This document shows, one piece after another, positions 39,643 through 51,679 of a stretch of DNA of 64,000 nucleotides. The stretch covers positions 1 through 64,000 of the forward strand of contig JBIIGV010000002.1 in the NCBI GenBank assembly GCA_044236265.1, written 5' to 3'. Below the pieces are notes generated by a model. The model worked only from the letters and a program-made list of their open reading frames with translations, did no database searches and was not told where the DNA came from. The DNA comes from Oligoflexales bacterium. Lineage in GTDB: Bacteria > Bdellovibrionota_B > Oligoflexia > Oligoflexales > RGVZ01. The number at the start of each line of letters is the position of its first letter. Positions within the stretch are counted from its first letter, which is position 1. The position numbers were made by a program, and so were the translations under genes.

Positions 39643-41011
39643 GGTAGAATTGGCATCTATTTCGCCAATTCATTTTATTGGTGCTGCGGGTAGTGGCATG
39701 AGGCCTCTCGCCGAGTTTGTAGCGGGCCTCGGCATTCAAGTTTCTGGAAGTGACTCCAAAGCTGACGGTATTAAGGCTAGTTTTCCATTACATGTTGAAG
39801 GATCACCTGAGGATCAACAGCGGCAGCTGTTGGCAAAAACGATCGTTTATTCTAGCGCTATCGGTCCTAGTCATCCTGCTTTTGTGACAGCTAAAACTTC
39901 GGATAAACGCACGCTTCATCGAAGCGAGTTACTAGCTATTATTTGTAAGTTTTATCAGACCATTGCGGTCGCGGGTACCCATGGAAAATCAACGACATCT
40001 GCAATGGTGGCGCATGTTTTGAAGCAGATCGGCGATGAACCCTCATGGATAATCGGAGCGCCATTTGCTTCAGGAGAAGATTCCGTTCGCATCGGCTCTG
40101 GTCCTTGGTTAGTCATTGAGGCTGATGAGTCGGACGGGTCCTTTTTGCGCTACGAAACACATGTTTCCGTTGTTACCAATATTGATGCCGATCATATGGA
40201 CTACTACCAAACGGTTGATAGGCTTAACGAAGCTTTCAAGAAATATTTAGGCCAGACCAGCACTCGAGGAGGCATTGTCTTCTCTGCTGATCATGGCTCA
40301 ACCGCAGTAGCGGCTGCTGACTACAGGGGCTTCAAAATATCCTATGGGCTTTCGAACGAAGCAGACTTGCAGGCCGAAAACTACCGTGTCTCAGGCTTGT
40401 CGGCCAGATCGTCTATAAGTTTTAAGGAAGAACGCGCTGAACTTACATTGCCACTACCCGGCAAACACAATACGTCAAACGCACTGGCAGCTATTGGGGT
40501 CGGACTTACTATCGGACACTCTCTCCCCAAGCTTGCTAGCGCTCTCGGCAACTTTCCAGGTGTCCAGCGTAGGCTTCAACGATATCCAGGCAGCTCAAAT
40601 GCAATTATATTCGATGATTACGCCCATAATCCCCAGAAAATTCAAAGTTGCATAAAGGGTCTAGAAGAGGCCTTCCCAGGGCGCAGAATTATCGCCTGCT
40701 TTCAGCCACATAGATTTTCTAGAATTTCAAGTCTCTACGGTGAATTTATTGCATCCTTCAAGGGTAGAGACATTGTTGTTGTAGTTCTGCCCGTTTACGC
40801 ATCTGGCGAGGCGCCCATAAAGGGGTTTGAGGCCTCCCGCATCGCCTCAGACATTGCCAGAGTTTCAGGGGCCGAAACTTTTTCTGAGTCGACTTTTAAA
40901 GGCTGCGCCGAATTGATAAAATCAATGTTAGACCCAAACAATGACGTCGTAGTTACGATTGGGGCCGGCGATATATGGAAAGTCGCGAGGCTTCTATCCT
41001 TGAATCTCTAG
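39617..41011 (+). CDS. murC: UDP-N-acetylmuramate--L-alanine ligase
   Basis: HFIGAAGSGM, GTHGKSTT, EADESDGSF, DDYAHNP and FQPHRFSR. Confidence 0.95.
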   Translation: MTNKNDDLKVELASISPIHFIGAAGSGMRPLAEFVAGLGIQVSGSDSKADGIKASFPLHVEGSPEDQQRQLLAKTIVYSSAIGPSHPAFVTAKTSDKRTLHRSELLAIICKFYQTIAVAGTHGKSTTSAMVAHVLKQIGDEPSWIIGAPFASGEDSVRIGSGPWLVIEADESDGSFLRYETHVSVVTNIDADHMDYYQTVDRLNEAFKKYLGQTSTRGGIVFSADHGSTAVAAADYRGFKISYGLSNEADLQAENYRVSGLSARSSISFKEERAELTLPLPGKHNTSNALAAIGVGLTIGHSLPKLASALGNFPGVQRRLQRYPGSSNAIIFDDYAHNPQKIQSCIKGLEEAFPGRRIIACFQPHRFSRISSLYGEFIASFKGRDIVVVVLPVYASGEAPIKGFEASRIASDIARVSGAETFSESTFKGCAELIKSMLDPNNDVVVTIGAGDIWKVARLLSLNL

Positions 41012-41035
41012 ATAATAACTTTTGAGAGGAACCAT

Positions 41036-41950
41036 ATGATTCGTTTTCTAAAGCGTAAGAGCGGAAAGAAACGATCGGTTCTCGAAAAACAACGTATTTC
41101 TAAAAATACTGGAAAAAAAGGCCTCCTTGACACGTCCTTCTCATGGTCACTCGGAGCAAAGTCTTTGCTCGCTGTGCTGTTTGTTGTTGTTATTGCCGCA
41201 CTTTCAATCAGAGTGATTGACAAGATTAATGGTGTTATTTCCTATGTAAACTCCCTGATCGTCCTTTCGCCAACCGAATGGAAAATTGAAGTTGTTTCTG
41301 ACGGTGGCGTACCCTTGCCCGAAGACGTAAAAAAGGAAGTATACAAGGTTGCTGGCAGAGCTTTAAAAACTGGTGCCTCTGGTGAGTTAAAAAAGCTCTC
41401 CAAGCTTGTTGAATCCCTAGGAATGGTTGATCATGTAAGAGTCATTCGTCCGGTTGCAGACACGGTTATACTCTCGGCCCAACTTCGGCGCCCCGTGCTT
41501 TTAGTTAATACAGGCGCAAAGACCAGATATTTATCCTTGGATGCAACTGTCTTTGGAGACAGCGCAGATAGCACTGGAAACCCCTCTGGCGCAAGCCCAG
41601 CGGTTATCGTGACTGGCGTATTCGATCAAAGACAAAATCCAACCATCGATGATTCCATGCGCGTTGTTACAACGACCGAGGAGCGCCGTCATCTTGCGGA
41701 TGCTTTAGAGGTCTGGCAGAAATCAAATGAGTCGATGATTGAGCTGCGTCAAATTAATTTTCAGAAATTTCGCGGATACTCCATTACGCTTGCCGACGGA
41801 ACGGAGGTCGTTCTGGGAATCAAGCCATTCGATTACAAATTGAAAAAACTACGAGGAATTCTCGAAAACTTAAAGAAGGATGGTTCGGTGGCTGCGCGCA
41901 TCGAGCTCGACTATGAAGGCAAAGCCTTTATTAAGGAAAAAAAGCTATGA
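41036..41950 (+). CDS. ftsQ: Cell division protein FtsQ/DivIB-like
   Basis: Basic N-terminus, one TM, POTRA-like segment and C-terminal RIELDY; lies between murC and ftsA. Confidence 0.7.
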   Translation: MIRFLKRKSGKKRSVLEKQRISKNTGKKGLLDTSFSWSLGAKSLLAVLFVVVIAALSIRVIDKINGVISYVNSLIVLSPTEWKIEVVSDGGVPLPEDVKKEVYKVAGRALKTGASGELKKLSKLVESLGMVDHVRVIRPVADTVILSAQLRRPVLLVNTGAKTRYLSLDATVFGDSADSTGNPSGASPAVIVTGVFDQRQNPTIDDSMRVVTTTEERRHLADALEVWQKSNESMIELRQINFQKFRGYSITLADGTEVVLGIKPFDYKLKKLRGILENLKKDGSVAARIELDYEGKAFIKEKKL

Positions 41951-43125
41951 CAGGCCGGCTTTCAAGAAAAGACAAGCGCTTGGCCTTTATTGACATCGGG
42001 CACGGGACACTACGCATGCTCGTCACAAATAGTGACGAGTTAGAGGCGTCAGCTTATGAGGCACCTTGCCTTGGTTTAGCCAAAGGAAAAATAATCGACC
42101 CATCAGCTTTCTCTACGTCGATCAGCCAGCTTTTGAAATCAGCCAATATCTCCGGGGATGGCCTGCGCGTCATCGTTTCTGTGCCCACGCTCCACACACG
42201 CATCATCCGAAGGACTATAGAACACCGTTGTAGCGGACACTATAGATCTACGGACTATCAAAGCTTGCATGACGCCGCTATTGACTCTTGCTCAAGCGAG
42301 CTTGACGAAGTTGTCGACGTTCTTTTAACTCAGGCTTGGCTTGATCAAAAGAGCATTGACCCCTTATCGTTTGGACATCAAGGCCGCAATCTGCGAGCTC
42401 AAGCTCTACTTGCGACCCACCCAAAAACCCTACTGGCAGATATTATTTCTTGTATGAACTCCGTTGGCCTTGAGGTCTCAGAATTTCGATCTGGTTTTTT
42501 TGGACTGTTTAGGGCTGTATTTGCCCTGCGGCCTGGGATTGAAAATGCTGTTTTGATTGACGTCGGGCACAGCACGACATCTGGCGTGATGATTATCGGT
42601 GGGTCGGCGCAACAAGTTTTCTCTGTCGGAGCTGGAAGTCACCACATTACCAAGGATCTTGCCGTCGGTCTTGGTGTGGAGACCGCCGAGGCCGAGTTGA
42701 CCAAGAGGCAGGTTGGTGTCTCCCTGGAGAACGGCGGTTCAAATTTTTCAAAGTTCATTCGCCCGCGGGTCGCCGAGCTTTTCGCTCTTAGTCTTAAGCA
42801 TTTTGCCATTTACGCGAAAGCACTTGATGGTGGGCTTATGTTCTGCGGAGGCGGCTCCCAGCTTCCAGGTTTTTCGAGTTTTTCGGAAAAAGCCATGGGC
42901 GTTCCATCTCCGTTTATCTGCAATCTTTCAAATAAATCGGCAGCAGCCTTTCTGGATATGAAGGTGACAACGAACTCCACCCGTATTGACTCAAGCTGGC
43001 TTGCAATTCTTGCTCACGCGAGATTCAGACACGAGGAAGAGGCGGTTCGACGATTCGAACGCGAATCTGGTCCGCTCGCGAAACTGAGACCTTTGTGGAC
43101 ATGGCTATCTGAGTTGTCGAGATAA
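41947..43125 (+). CDS. ftsA: Cell division protein FtsA (divergent)
   Basis: IDIGHG, LIDVGHSTT, GSHHITKDLA and CGGGSQLPG; C-terminal amphipathic LWTWLSEL. Confidence 0.85.
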   Translation: MTGRLSRKDKRLAFIDIGHGTLRMLVTNSDELEASAYEAPCLGLAKGKIIDPSAFSTSISQLLKSANISGDGLRVIVSVPTLHTRIIRRTIEHRCSGHYRSTDYQSLHDAAIDSCSSELDEVVDVLLTQAWLDQKSIDPLSFGHQGRNLRAQALLATHPKTLLADIISCMNSVGLEVSEFRSGFFGLFRAVFALRPGIENAVLIDVGHSTTSGVMIIGGSAQQVFSVGAGSHHITKDLAVGLGVETAEAELTKRQVGVSLENGGSNFSKFIRPRVAELFALSLKHFAIYAKALDGGLMFCGGGSQLPGFSSFSEKAMGVPSPFICNLSNKSAAAFLDMKVTTNSTRIDSSWLAILAHARFRHEEEAVRRFERESGPLAKLRPLWTWLSELSR

Positions 43126-43159
43126 GCTTTTTTAAAAGTAATCATTTACAGTCAAAAAG

Positions 43160-43189
43160 TTGACACGCTGTTTCAGCAGTCCTTATAAT
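43160..43189 (+). promoter_or_regulatory. Sigma-70-type promoter for ftsZ
   Basis: TTGACA (43160-43165), 18-bp spacer, TATAAT (43184-43189); AGGAGG RBS before ATG 43280. Confidence 0.75.
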
Positions 43190-43279
43190 TTTACTTATAT
43201 TTTGTTTTATCTGTTTACTAATCGGACGGTTGTTAATCTTAGGACCACTTAGAGATTAACGCCTGCAAGGAGGCTGACC

Positions 43280-45124
43280 ATGTCATTCAATGCTTTTGGA
43301 GCAAAAATAAAGGTAATTGGCGTCGGCGGAGGTGGCGGAAACGCTGTCAACACAATGATTCGCTCTGGTCTTGAAGGCGTTGATTTTATCGTAGCAAACA
43401 CTGACGCTCAAGCACTCAAGGCATCTCTTGCTCCTCATAAAATTCAACTTGGTAAAGACCTGACAAAGGGCCTTGGAGCCGGCGCAGATCCAGATATTGG
43501 ACGTGACGCCGCTCTGGAAGACCGCATGGAGCTGCAAGATTATTTAAGTGATGCCGACATGGTATTTATCACAGCTGGTATGGGTGGTGGCACAGGAACC
43601 GGAGCTGCAGCTGTTGTCGCTCAAATCGCTAGAGAGCTCGGCGCTTTGACAGTTGCCGTCGTAACAAAGCCTTTTGCTTTCGAAGGAAAAAGACGTCGCA
43701 AGCATGCTGAGCAAGGCGTTGCTAGACTTCGCGAGTGTGTCGACACGCTGATTACAATTCCCAACCAAAGACTTCTTCAGGTAGCAACTCCTGACTTAAG
43801 CATGCTCGACGCATTTAAACTCGCTGACAATGTTCTTGTAAATGCAGTGCGCGGCATTAGTGACATTATCAATACGCCTGGCTTAATTAACGTCGATTTT
43901 GCAGACGTTAAGACAGTGATGAGCAGCATGGGTCACGCCCTTATGGGGATTGGTTACGGCTCTGGGACTGAGCGAGCCCTGTCAGCAGCAAAGCAGGCTA
44001 TATCGTCACCCCTTCTTGAGGACGTAGATATTGAGGGCGCCACTGGCATCCTGATCAACATCACGGCAGGAACAAACGTTTCTATCATGGAAGTAAATAA
44101 CGCTTGTATGGTCATCCAGGAAGCGGCCCATGAAGACGCAAATATCATATTTGGAGCCGTCATCGACGAAACGTTGGGTGACGAAATTCGCATTACAGTT
44201 ATTGCAACAGGGTTTCCCGTTGAAGAGGGATTGCCTGTTGATGACAGCGCAGGCCTCACCACTAGAAGCCTTGCCTCCTCCAACTCGCCGCGAGTGATAG
44301 GACACACCACACCAGTCCCACAGAGACTGGTAAGCCCGCCACGGCTGACGTCTCCTTCAATTGTCACACCGAAGGCTGCGCCGACGCCCCAAGTAACTGC
44401 TCCTCGCACAATCTTGACGCCGCCACCTGCGGTCGTGACTCAAGAGGCTATTGCGCCGCAAGTTGTTGCTCCAGTGCAAACGGTGCGTGTCGATGTTTCG
44501 CACATTCAGCGACCAGCCCACACCACCCCACAGGTACCCGTAGTGAGCGCTCCAGTCGTTCCAGTCATCGAAACTCCTAGTGAAATCACGGCAAAACCCA
44601 TCGATGCTGCTTTGGAAGCTGCCGCTCTTGCGCAGTGGACTTTAGAAGAACAGGGCTTTAGCCATCCAGACATGTCAGATGAGCTGGCTGAACTTGAAAT
44701 TTCACGATCAGAGGCCCCTGGAACGCCTGTTTTTGCTCCTTCCACACCTGTAACGCAACCAACCAAGACCGTTGCTGAGCTTGTTTTTGCAGACGATACA
44801 ACCTCGCCATCGATTGAGGCCAATAATGAGGGCGTTGAGCAAGAATTTGAAATGTGGTCTAGTGAGCTCCGCGAAGAGCGCGCTGGGGCGACACTCGCGG
44901 CATCAGAAGCGCCTTGGGAGTTTGATGCTCCAAACCCTGAGCTCGTATCCAACGAGATCGATCGCCGAATTGACGAAGCGTTGGCTCTCGCTGGAAAAAT
45001 GAGTCAAGTAAAGGCCGAGACGAATGCGGTTGCAGGAGCCTCAGAGCAGCAAGAGCTAGACATGGATGACCTGGATCTTCCAGCTTTCTTGCGCTATGGA
45101 TCTGATGCGCGTCAGGGCAGCTAA
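43280..45124 (+). CDS. ftsZ: Cell division protein FtsZ with a long C-terminal linker
   Basis: [19 protein letters not shown] and NVDFAD; C-terminal peptide DLDLPAFLR. Confidence 0.98.
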   Translation: MSFNAFGAKIKVIGVGGGGGNAVNTMIRSGLEGVDFIVANTDAQALKASLAPHKIQLGKDLTKGLGAGADPDIGRDAALEDRMELQDYLSDADMVFITAGMGGGTGTGAAAVVAQIARELGALTVAVVTKPFAFEGKRRRKHAEQGVARLRECVDTLITIPNQRLLQVATPDLSMLDAFKLADNVLVNAVRGISDIINTPGLINVDFADVKTVMSSMGHALMGIGYGSGTERALSAAKQAISSPLLEDVDIEGATGILINITAGTNVSIMEVNNACMVIQEAAHEDANIIFGAVIDETLGDEIRITVIATGFPVEEGLPVDDSAGLTTRSLASSNSPRVIGHTTPVPQRLVSPPRLTSPSIVTPKAAPTPQVTAPRTILTPPPAVVTQEAIAPQVVAPVQTVRVDVSHIQRPAHTTPQVPVVSAPVVPVIETPSEITAKPIDAALEAAALAQWTLEEQGFSHPDMSDELAELEISRSEAPGTPVFAPSTPVTQPTKTVAELVFADDTTSPSIEANNEGVEQEFEMWSSELREERAGATLAASEAPWEFDAPNPELVSNEIDRRIDEALALAGKMSQVKAETNAVAGASEQQELDMDDLDLPAFLRYGSDARQGS

Positions 45125-45148
45125 GTTCTAGAAAGACGACCGAGCATA

Positions 45149-45181
45149 AAGCCCCCAAGGGAGATCAACCCTTGGGGGCTT
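45149..45181. terminator. Likely bidirectional terminator between ftsZ and the convergent SDR gene
   Basis: 13-bp stem AAGCCCCCAAGGG/CCCTTGGGGGCTT with a 7-nt loop and A/T flanks. Confidence 0.8.
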
Positions 45182-45206
45182 ATTCATTTACAGGGAATAC
45201 AGTCTT

Positions 45207-46160
45207 TTAAAGAGCGTTTACCGGAGTCATTTTCTGCCCGCGCTCTTGGCCAAATACGACCGGAGGCACGCCCTCGACTGGCGGTTTTTTTTCTACTGTT
45301 CCAGCATTAAAATAGTCAGAAAGGCGTGGCTCTGAAGACTTTGCAGCACCAAATCTTGACTCAGCCCAACGAAAGAGGATGTCTCCAATGGAGCCGCCAA
45401 TGGTTAGTCTTCGTTTACCCCATATTTTTGATTCCATTGCAGAGATTATGGCAGCGCCGCTTAATGGCTCCGTCGAGGTCAAATCTATGATCCGGCAGTA
45501 TGAGCCGCTATCCTTAATTTTTAACGCATCATCAACAGCCAGTAAAATGTCTTGAACCGTCGTGAGCACCACGCCGCCAAGCTTTTGCGGAAGAGGCAAT
45601 ATCAAGGGCATCTTTGCAAGTGAGGCTGCAGCCTTGATAAACCCGCTGTCAGAGAGCCCACCGCTGATGACACCTGCACGAATAATGATCTTTTCTGGAA
45701 TTGAAGAATTTAAAATAATATTTTCAGCCCAGTATTTCTCTCTAAGCACTGTGCTATTAGCACTTCGATCGACACCAACCCAGCTTAAGAAAACTATTTT
45801 CCTCGCGTTAGACCGTTCCATGGCCCGTACAAGATTTTGTGTCATGACGACATTCGAGGAAACCTGAATCTGAGCATCTGAAGGATAATGGCCATGAAGG
45901 CTTGGCGCTCCCAAGACATCACCCTGCCAAGCGAGATGGATCACGGTATCGGTGGACTTTAGCGCAGCCATGGCGCTGTCCGGTTGTAACAGATCCCCGC
46001 AAAGCGGAAGAAAATTATTTAGCGCTTTGGGCAGCTGATTTCTATAAAGGCCAATGGCGTGTTTACCTTGGCTAGATAAATGTTCAGAAATTTTTTGACC
46101 AATCTGTCCTGCGGAACCGGTTATGAATGCGGTTCTACGATTAGACGACGAACTTGTCAT
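45207..46160 (-). CDS. NAD(P)-binding atypical SDR / epimerase-family protein
   Basis: ITGSAGQIG Rossmann motif, VIHLA and EKYWAE; no canonical YxxxK seen. Confidence 0.75.
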   Translation of the reverse strand: MTSSSSNRRTAFITGSAGQIGQKISEHLSSQGKHAIGLYRNQLPKALNNFLPLCGDLLQPDSAMAALKSTDTVIHLAWQGDVLGAPSLHGHYPSDAQIQVSSNVVMTQNLVRAMERSNARKIVFLSWVGVDRSANSTVLREKYWAENIILNSSIPEKIIIRAGVISGGLSDSGFIKAAASLAKMPLILPLPQKLGGVVLTTVQDILLAVDDALKIKDSGSYCRIIDLTSTEPLSGAAIISAMESKIWGKRRLTIGGSIGDILFRWAESRFGAAKSSEPRLSDYFNAGTVEKKPPVEGVPPVVFGQERGQKMTPVNAL

Positions 46161-46209
46161 GACCTAAGCCTCCCCAATCAGCATTTAACGCTACTAATTG
46201 CTTGGACTA

Positions 46210-47319
46210 TTATAGCAAGGAGTCATAAATCTTGAGAGTTTTTTGAGCTATTTCCAACCAGCTGGGAAGCCGCAGTTGATCCAATCCCGTTGGGGCCTTG
46301 CCCACAAGGGCATCGAACGCACTAATCCACTCATCCACCGGGGAATCTGGCTTCATGGCTTTTACTTGTTTTTTTCCATATCCCGCCACCTCATCAATCC
46401 CAGATCCCCTGCAGTAAAGCAATATGAGGCCCCGAGCTAAAGCGTCAGAGGCTGGCAGGCACCACCCTTCATAAAGTGACGGGTGAATTAATATTTTTGA
46501 GTTCGAATAAAGCTCTTCTAGTTCAACGTTTGAAACGTTTTGCAGAACAGTCAAATTTCGCGGAGAATTTTGCAATGATTTTGCGCCAAGAGCATCTGTA
46601 ACAACGGTGAAAGATCTGTGACTTAGTGCGGATGCTATCTCCGAGATAAAATGAAGACGCTTATATCCTTCACCTCGCGAAATCGTAAGCCCGTCAATAG
46701 AACGTGCAGACCATTCTTTCATTGGGGTCTGTGAGGGCGTTGTGCCGTAGCCTAAAATTTCAATTTTTTCACTAACGCCGATTCCGTAACGCTCAAGAAT
46801 CTGAATTTTTGTCCATTGCGATGGGGTTAGAATCTTATCAGCTCGTTTAATCACGCCTGGTAACAACGTTAGGTATTGAAGATAGAGCGGAGTGATTTCT
46901 TCAAGATTAAGAGGTGTTAAGTCATGGACTGTTACGACAAAACGGTCACCAGTTCGTTTACGGGCGAAGACTGGTAGATTGATGTTGCTTAGGCCGTGAA
47001 AAATAACGCTTTGATTATTCCATCTTTCTTTGGCGGCCGCGTATGTCACGCTTGGATAAAATGGCTTGAGTCGTTCCAATTTTGAAAAAAAAGTGCCTTG
47101 GCGAGCTTGGATTTTTATCCTTTGCTCCTCAGCAGTAAATTCGATCGCTTCATCAGTAAACGCAAGAATACTTGGCTGGCAACCAAGCTCATTCAAAGAA
47201 CTACATAGATTGCGACCATAAACGCCAACGCCGCTGTTGGGATGTGCCAAACCGAGACCATCCCAGACAATCTGTGGACGACCAACACGCTCCACATCTG
47301 TCGGCAACGATGTAGTCAT
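46210..47319 (-). CDS. Glycosyltransferase family 4 (GT-B)
   Basis: SGVGVY, VVTVHDL and HPSLYEGWCLP. Confidence 0.82.
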   Translation of the reverse strand: MTTSLPTDVERVGRPQIVWDGLGLAHPNSGVGVYGRNLCSSLNELGCQPSILAFTDEAIEFTAEEQRIKIQARQGTFFSKLERLKPFYPSVTYAAAKERWNNQSVIFHGLSNINLPVFARKRTGDRFVVTVHDLTPLNLEEITPLYLQYLTLLPGVIKRADKILTPSQWTKIQILERYGIGVSEKIEILGYGTTPSQTPMKEWSARSIDGLTISRGEGYKRLHFISEIASALSHRSFTVVTDALGAKSLQNSPRNLTVLQNVSNVELEELYSNSKILIHPSLYEGWCLPASDALARGLILLYCRGSGIDEVAGYGKKQVKAMKPDSPVDEWISAFDALVGKAPTGLDQLRLPSWLEIAQKTLKIYDSLL

Positions 47320-47331
47320 TAAAAAACCTAG

Positions 47332-47757
47332 TTAATGCAACGCTTTCGTAGCGCCAGCGATTTCAAGACGGTGCTCAGCACGCTTCTTTGCGCTTAGTGC
47401 ACGCGGCACGTCAACTCCCCCAGATTTTGCCTGAAGCAGTTGCTCCTCCGCTTTTATGAGAGCTTTTTTTGCACGATCCACATTTATTTCCGTTGGCTTT
47501 TCGATCACGTTTGCCAAAACCGTCACTGCGTCACGTGAAACATCGACAAAACCACCGGACACGAAAAGCTTTTCTGCAGATGTTGAGCCACTCTCTAAAA
47601 CGAGGGTTCCTATGCCCAGCTCGGCAACCATGGGCGTGTGCCCAGGCAGTAGCGTCATGTAGCCAAGCTCACCAGGAAGTCCCAGCGCCCTCGCAGGTCC
47701 GCGGAAAATGATTCGCTCAGGAGAAAGAACCCTGACTTGTAATTCGCTTTGTAGCAT
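47332..47757 (-). CDS. atpC: ATP synthase F1 epsilon
   Basis: SPER, LPGHTPM and VSGGFV; follows atpD. Confidence 0.95.
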   Translation of the reverse strand: MLQSELQVRVLSPERIIFRGPARALGLPGELGYMTLLPGHTPMVAELGIGTLVLESGSTSAEKLFVSGGFVDVSRDAVTVLANVIEKPTEINVDRAKKALIKAEEQLLQAKSGGVDVPRALSAKKRAEHRLEIAGATKALH

Positions 47758-47784
47758 CTAATAGCTCCTAGCTTAGTCAAGCAC

Positions 47785-47803
47785 CCCGCTATTTTAGCGG
47801 GGG
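47785..47803. other. Intergenic hairpin between atpD and atpC
   Basis: CCCCGCTA-TTT-TAGCGGGG with no U-tract on the coding strand; more likely an mRNA stability or processing element than a terminator. Confidence 0.5.
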
Positions 47804-47814
47804 CTCACTTCGTG

Positions 47815-49251
<1,437 letters not shown>

Positions 49252-49289
49252 TTAAAGTTTTTCAAAATTAAATTTAATTTTCACTGTTT

Positions 49290-50153
49290 CTACAATGCGT
49301 CAGCACCGCTTGTGATCTCGATCAGCTCCTTGGTAATTGCCGCCTGACGTCCACGGTTATACTGCAAGGTCAGTTTTCGAATCACTTCTTTTGCGTTTTT
49401 AGTCGCCGAATCCATAGCCGTCATGCGCGCGCCATGTTCGCTGGCCGCTGATTCCAACAGAATACGGAACATTCTTGAAACAACGAGTTTTTGCAAAAGA
49501 GGCTCAAGCAGCTTCTCAGCAACTGGCTCCACAATAATATTGGATCCCACATCATTTGCAGCACTGGCCTTTGGCGTTACAGGCAGTACTTGTTTGATAA
49601 CAGGAACCTGACTAAGGGCGCTCTTAAACTCAACAAACGCAACGTGCACTGCGTCGTAAGTGCCATCGAGATACGTTGTAACAACCTCGTTAGCAAGGTC
49701 CAGAGCGACATCGTAACGAGGCTTCTCTGTTACTTTTTCGCGTTCACCAAGCAGACTCCAGCGCACTTTACGGCAGAACATGCCTGAGCGTCGTCCCCAA
49801 GCCATGACGTCAAATTTAACGCCCTGCTCCTGGCGCTCTTTAATGTAACGATTCGTTACTTTAAAAAGTGCTGAGTTTAAGCTTCCACAAAGACCTCGGT
49901 CAGTGGCCACTAAAACCAATAGTTCTTTTTTATGCTGGCCTCTCGTTTCGGTTAGGCGCGACGGAACGTCGCCAGCTGCCGCGACGACCTTTTCCACCAT
50001 ATCCTCGAATCCATCGCCGTATGGACGAGCGGCGATGACAGCATGATTTGCTCTCGCAAATTTGGCCGCTGACACCAGCTTCATCGCGTGCGTAATCTTC
50101 TGCGTGTTTTTCACGCTGACGATTCGACGCTTAATGTCCTTTAGACTAGGCAT
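49290..50153 (-). CDS. atpG: ATP synthase F1 gamma
   Basis: [19 protein letters not shown] and [12 protein letters not shown]. Confidence 0.98.
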   Translation of the reverse strand: MPSLKDIKRRIVSVKNTQKITHAMKLVSAAKFARANHAVIAARPYGDGFEDMVEKVVAAAGDVPSRLTETRGQHKKELLVLVATDRGLCGSLNSALFKVTNRYIKERQEQGVKFDVMAWGRRSGMFCRKVRWSLLGEREKVTEKPRYDVALDLANEVVTTYLDGTYDAVHVAFVEFKSALSQVPVIKQVLPVTPKASAANDVGSNIIVEPVAEKLLEPLLQKLVVSRMFRILLESAASEHGARMTAMDSATKNAKEVIRKLTLQYNRGRQAAITKELIEITSGADAL

Positions 50154-51660
50154 TTACTTTGAATCCTTTCGAGAACTCTTCGATTGCTTTTTTGAGATCG
50201 CCCTCAACATCGGCAAGTTTTGCCCTTTGTTCGATTTTCGCTAGAACAGGGGCGTACTTCGCATTTAGATGCTCAGCCAAACCTTTTTCAAAAGCCAAAA
50301 CCTGAGAAACTTCGACGTTGTCTAGATAGCCCTTCGTAGCGGCATATATAATTGCGACTTGAAGTCCGACGTGCATTGGGACGTACTGACCCTGCTTTAG
50401 AATTTCTACAAGGCGCGCGCCGCGGGAGAGCGCTCTCTGTGTTGCGGCGTCAAGGTCAGAACCAAACTGCGCAAACGCAGCTAGTTCGCGATACTGTGCA
50501 AGCTCAAGACGAAGGTTACCGGCAACCGACTTCATTGCTGGCACCTGCGCAGAACCCCCTACCCGGCTTACAGAAAGGCCCGCGTTAATGGCTGGGCGAA
50601 TTCCGGAGAAGAATAAGTCGGCTTCGAGGAATATCTGTCCGTCAGTGATCGAAATTACGTTTGTAGGAATATAGGCCGAAATGTCACCTGCTTGAGTTTC
50701 AATTACAGGGAACGCCGTAATCGATCCTCCACCCAGATCATCGTTCAGCTTACAAGCGCGCTCCAAAAGGCGGCTGTGAAGATAGAAGACGTCTCCTGGA
50801 TAGGCTTCGCGTCCTGGAGGACGTCTTAGAAGAAGCGATAGTTCGCGGTAGGCTGCCGCTTGTTTTGACAAGTCATCGTAGAAGATAACGGCATGCTCAC
50901 CCTTGTCGCGGAAATATTCAGCCATACGGCAACCGGAGTATGGAGCAAGGAACTGCATTGGAGCAGGATCGAGTGCAGTCGCTGCAACGACGATGGTGTA
51001 ATCCATAGCGCCGGCCTTTTTAAGCTTGTCTACAACCTGCGCAACCGTAGAGGCTTTTTGACCAATGGCAACATAAACACAAACAACACCCTTGCCCTTT
51101 TGATTGATGATCGTATCGATCGTAACGGCGGTCTTGCCGGTCTGACGGTCACCAATGATGAGCTCGCGCTGGCCGCGACCAATTGGCACCATCGCATCAA
51201 TAGCTTTGATACCTGTTTGCAGAGGTTCGTGAACGGACTTACGAGCAATAATGCCGGGCGCCTTAACTTCGACTTTACCACGCTCATCGGACTTGATGGG
51301 GCCTTGCCCATCTATGGGATTGCCGAGCGCATCTACAACGCGACCCAAAAGACCGCGACCAACTGGGACCGCGTTAATTTCATTAAGACGCTTTACGCTG
51401 TGGCCTTCTTGAATTTCGTCTGTTTTTCCGAGAACGGCAACACCGACGTTGTCTTCTTCAAGGTTCAAAACTACGCCACGAACGCCGTTTTGGAATTCTA
51501 CAAGCTCTCCGGACTTTACGCCCTCCAAACCATAAACGCGGGCAATCCCGTCACCCACGGTTAATACGGTTCCAGTTTCAATCAACTCAGCCTTTTGGCC
51601 AAAGTTTTTGATACGGTCACTGATAATCCTGCTTACTTCCTCAACTCTAATCTTATCCAT
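50146..51660 (-). CDS. atpA: ATP synthase F1 alpha
   Basis: GDRQTGKT and [21 protein letters not shown]. Confidence 0.99.
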   Translation of the reverse strand: MDKIRVEEVSRIISDRIKNFGQKAELIETGTVLTVGDGIARVYGLEGVKSGELVEFQNGVRGVVLNLEEDNVGVAVLGKTDEIQEGHSVKRLNEINAVPVGRGLLGRVVDALGNPIDGQGPIKSDERGKVEVKAPGIIARKSVHEPLQTGIKAIDAMVPIGRGQRELIIGDRQTGKTAVTIDTIINQKGKGVVCVYVAIGQKASTVAQVVDKLKKAGAMDYTIVVAATALDPAPMQFLAPYSGCRMAEYFRDKGEHAVIFYDDLSKQAAAYRELSLLLRRPPGREAYPGDVFYLHSRLLERACKLNDDLGGGSITAFPVIETQAGDISAYIPTNVISITDGQIFLEADLFFSGIRPAINAGLSVSRVGGSAQVPAMKSVAGNLRLELAQYRELAAFAQFGSDLDAATQRALSRGARLVEILKQGQYVPMHVGLQVAIIYAATKGYLDNVEVSQVLAFEKGLAEHLNAKYAPVLAKIEQRAKLADVEGDLKKAIEEFSKGFKVNA

Positions 51661-51679
51661 AGTGCCTCATTGTCCTTTC

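Noticed and set aside
50893..51564. 223-aa ORF antisense to atpA
   Set aside because: Shadow ORF of a highly conserved gene; no motifs or RBS.
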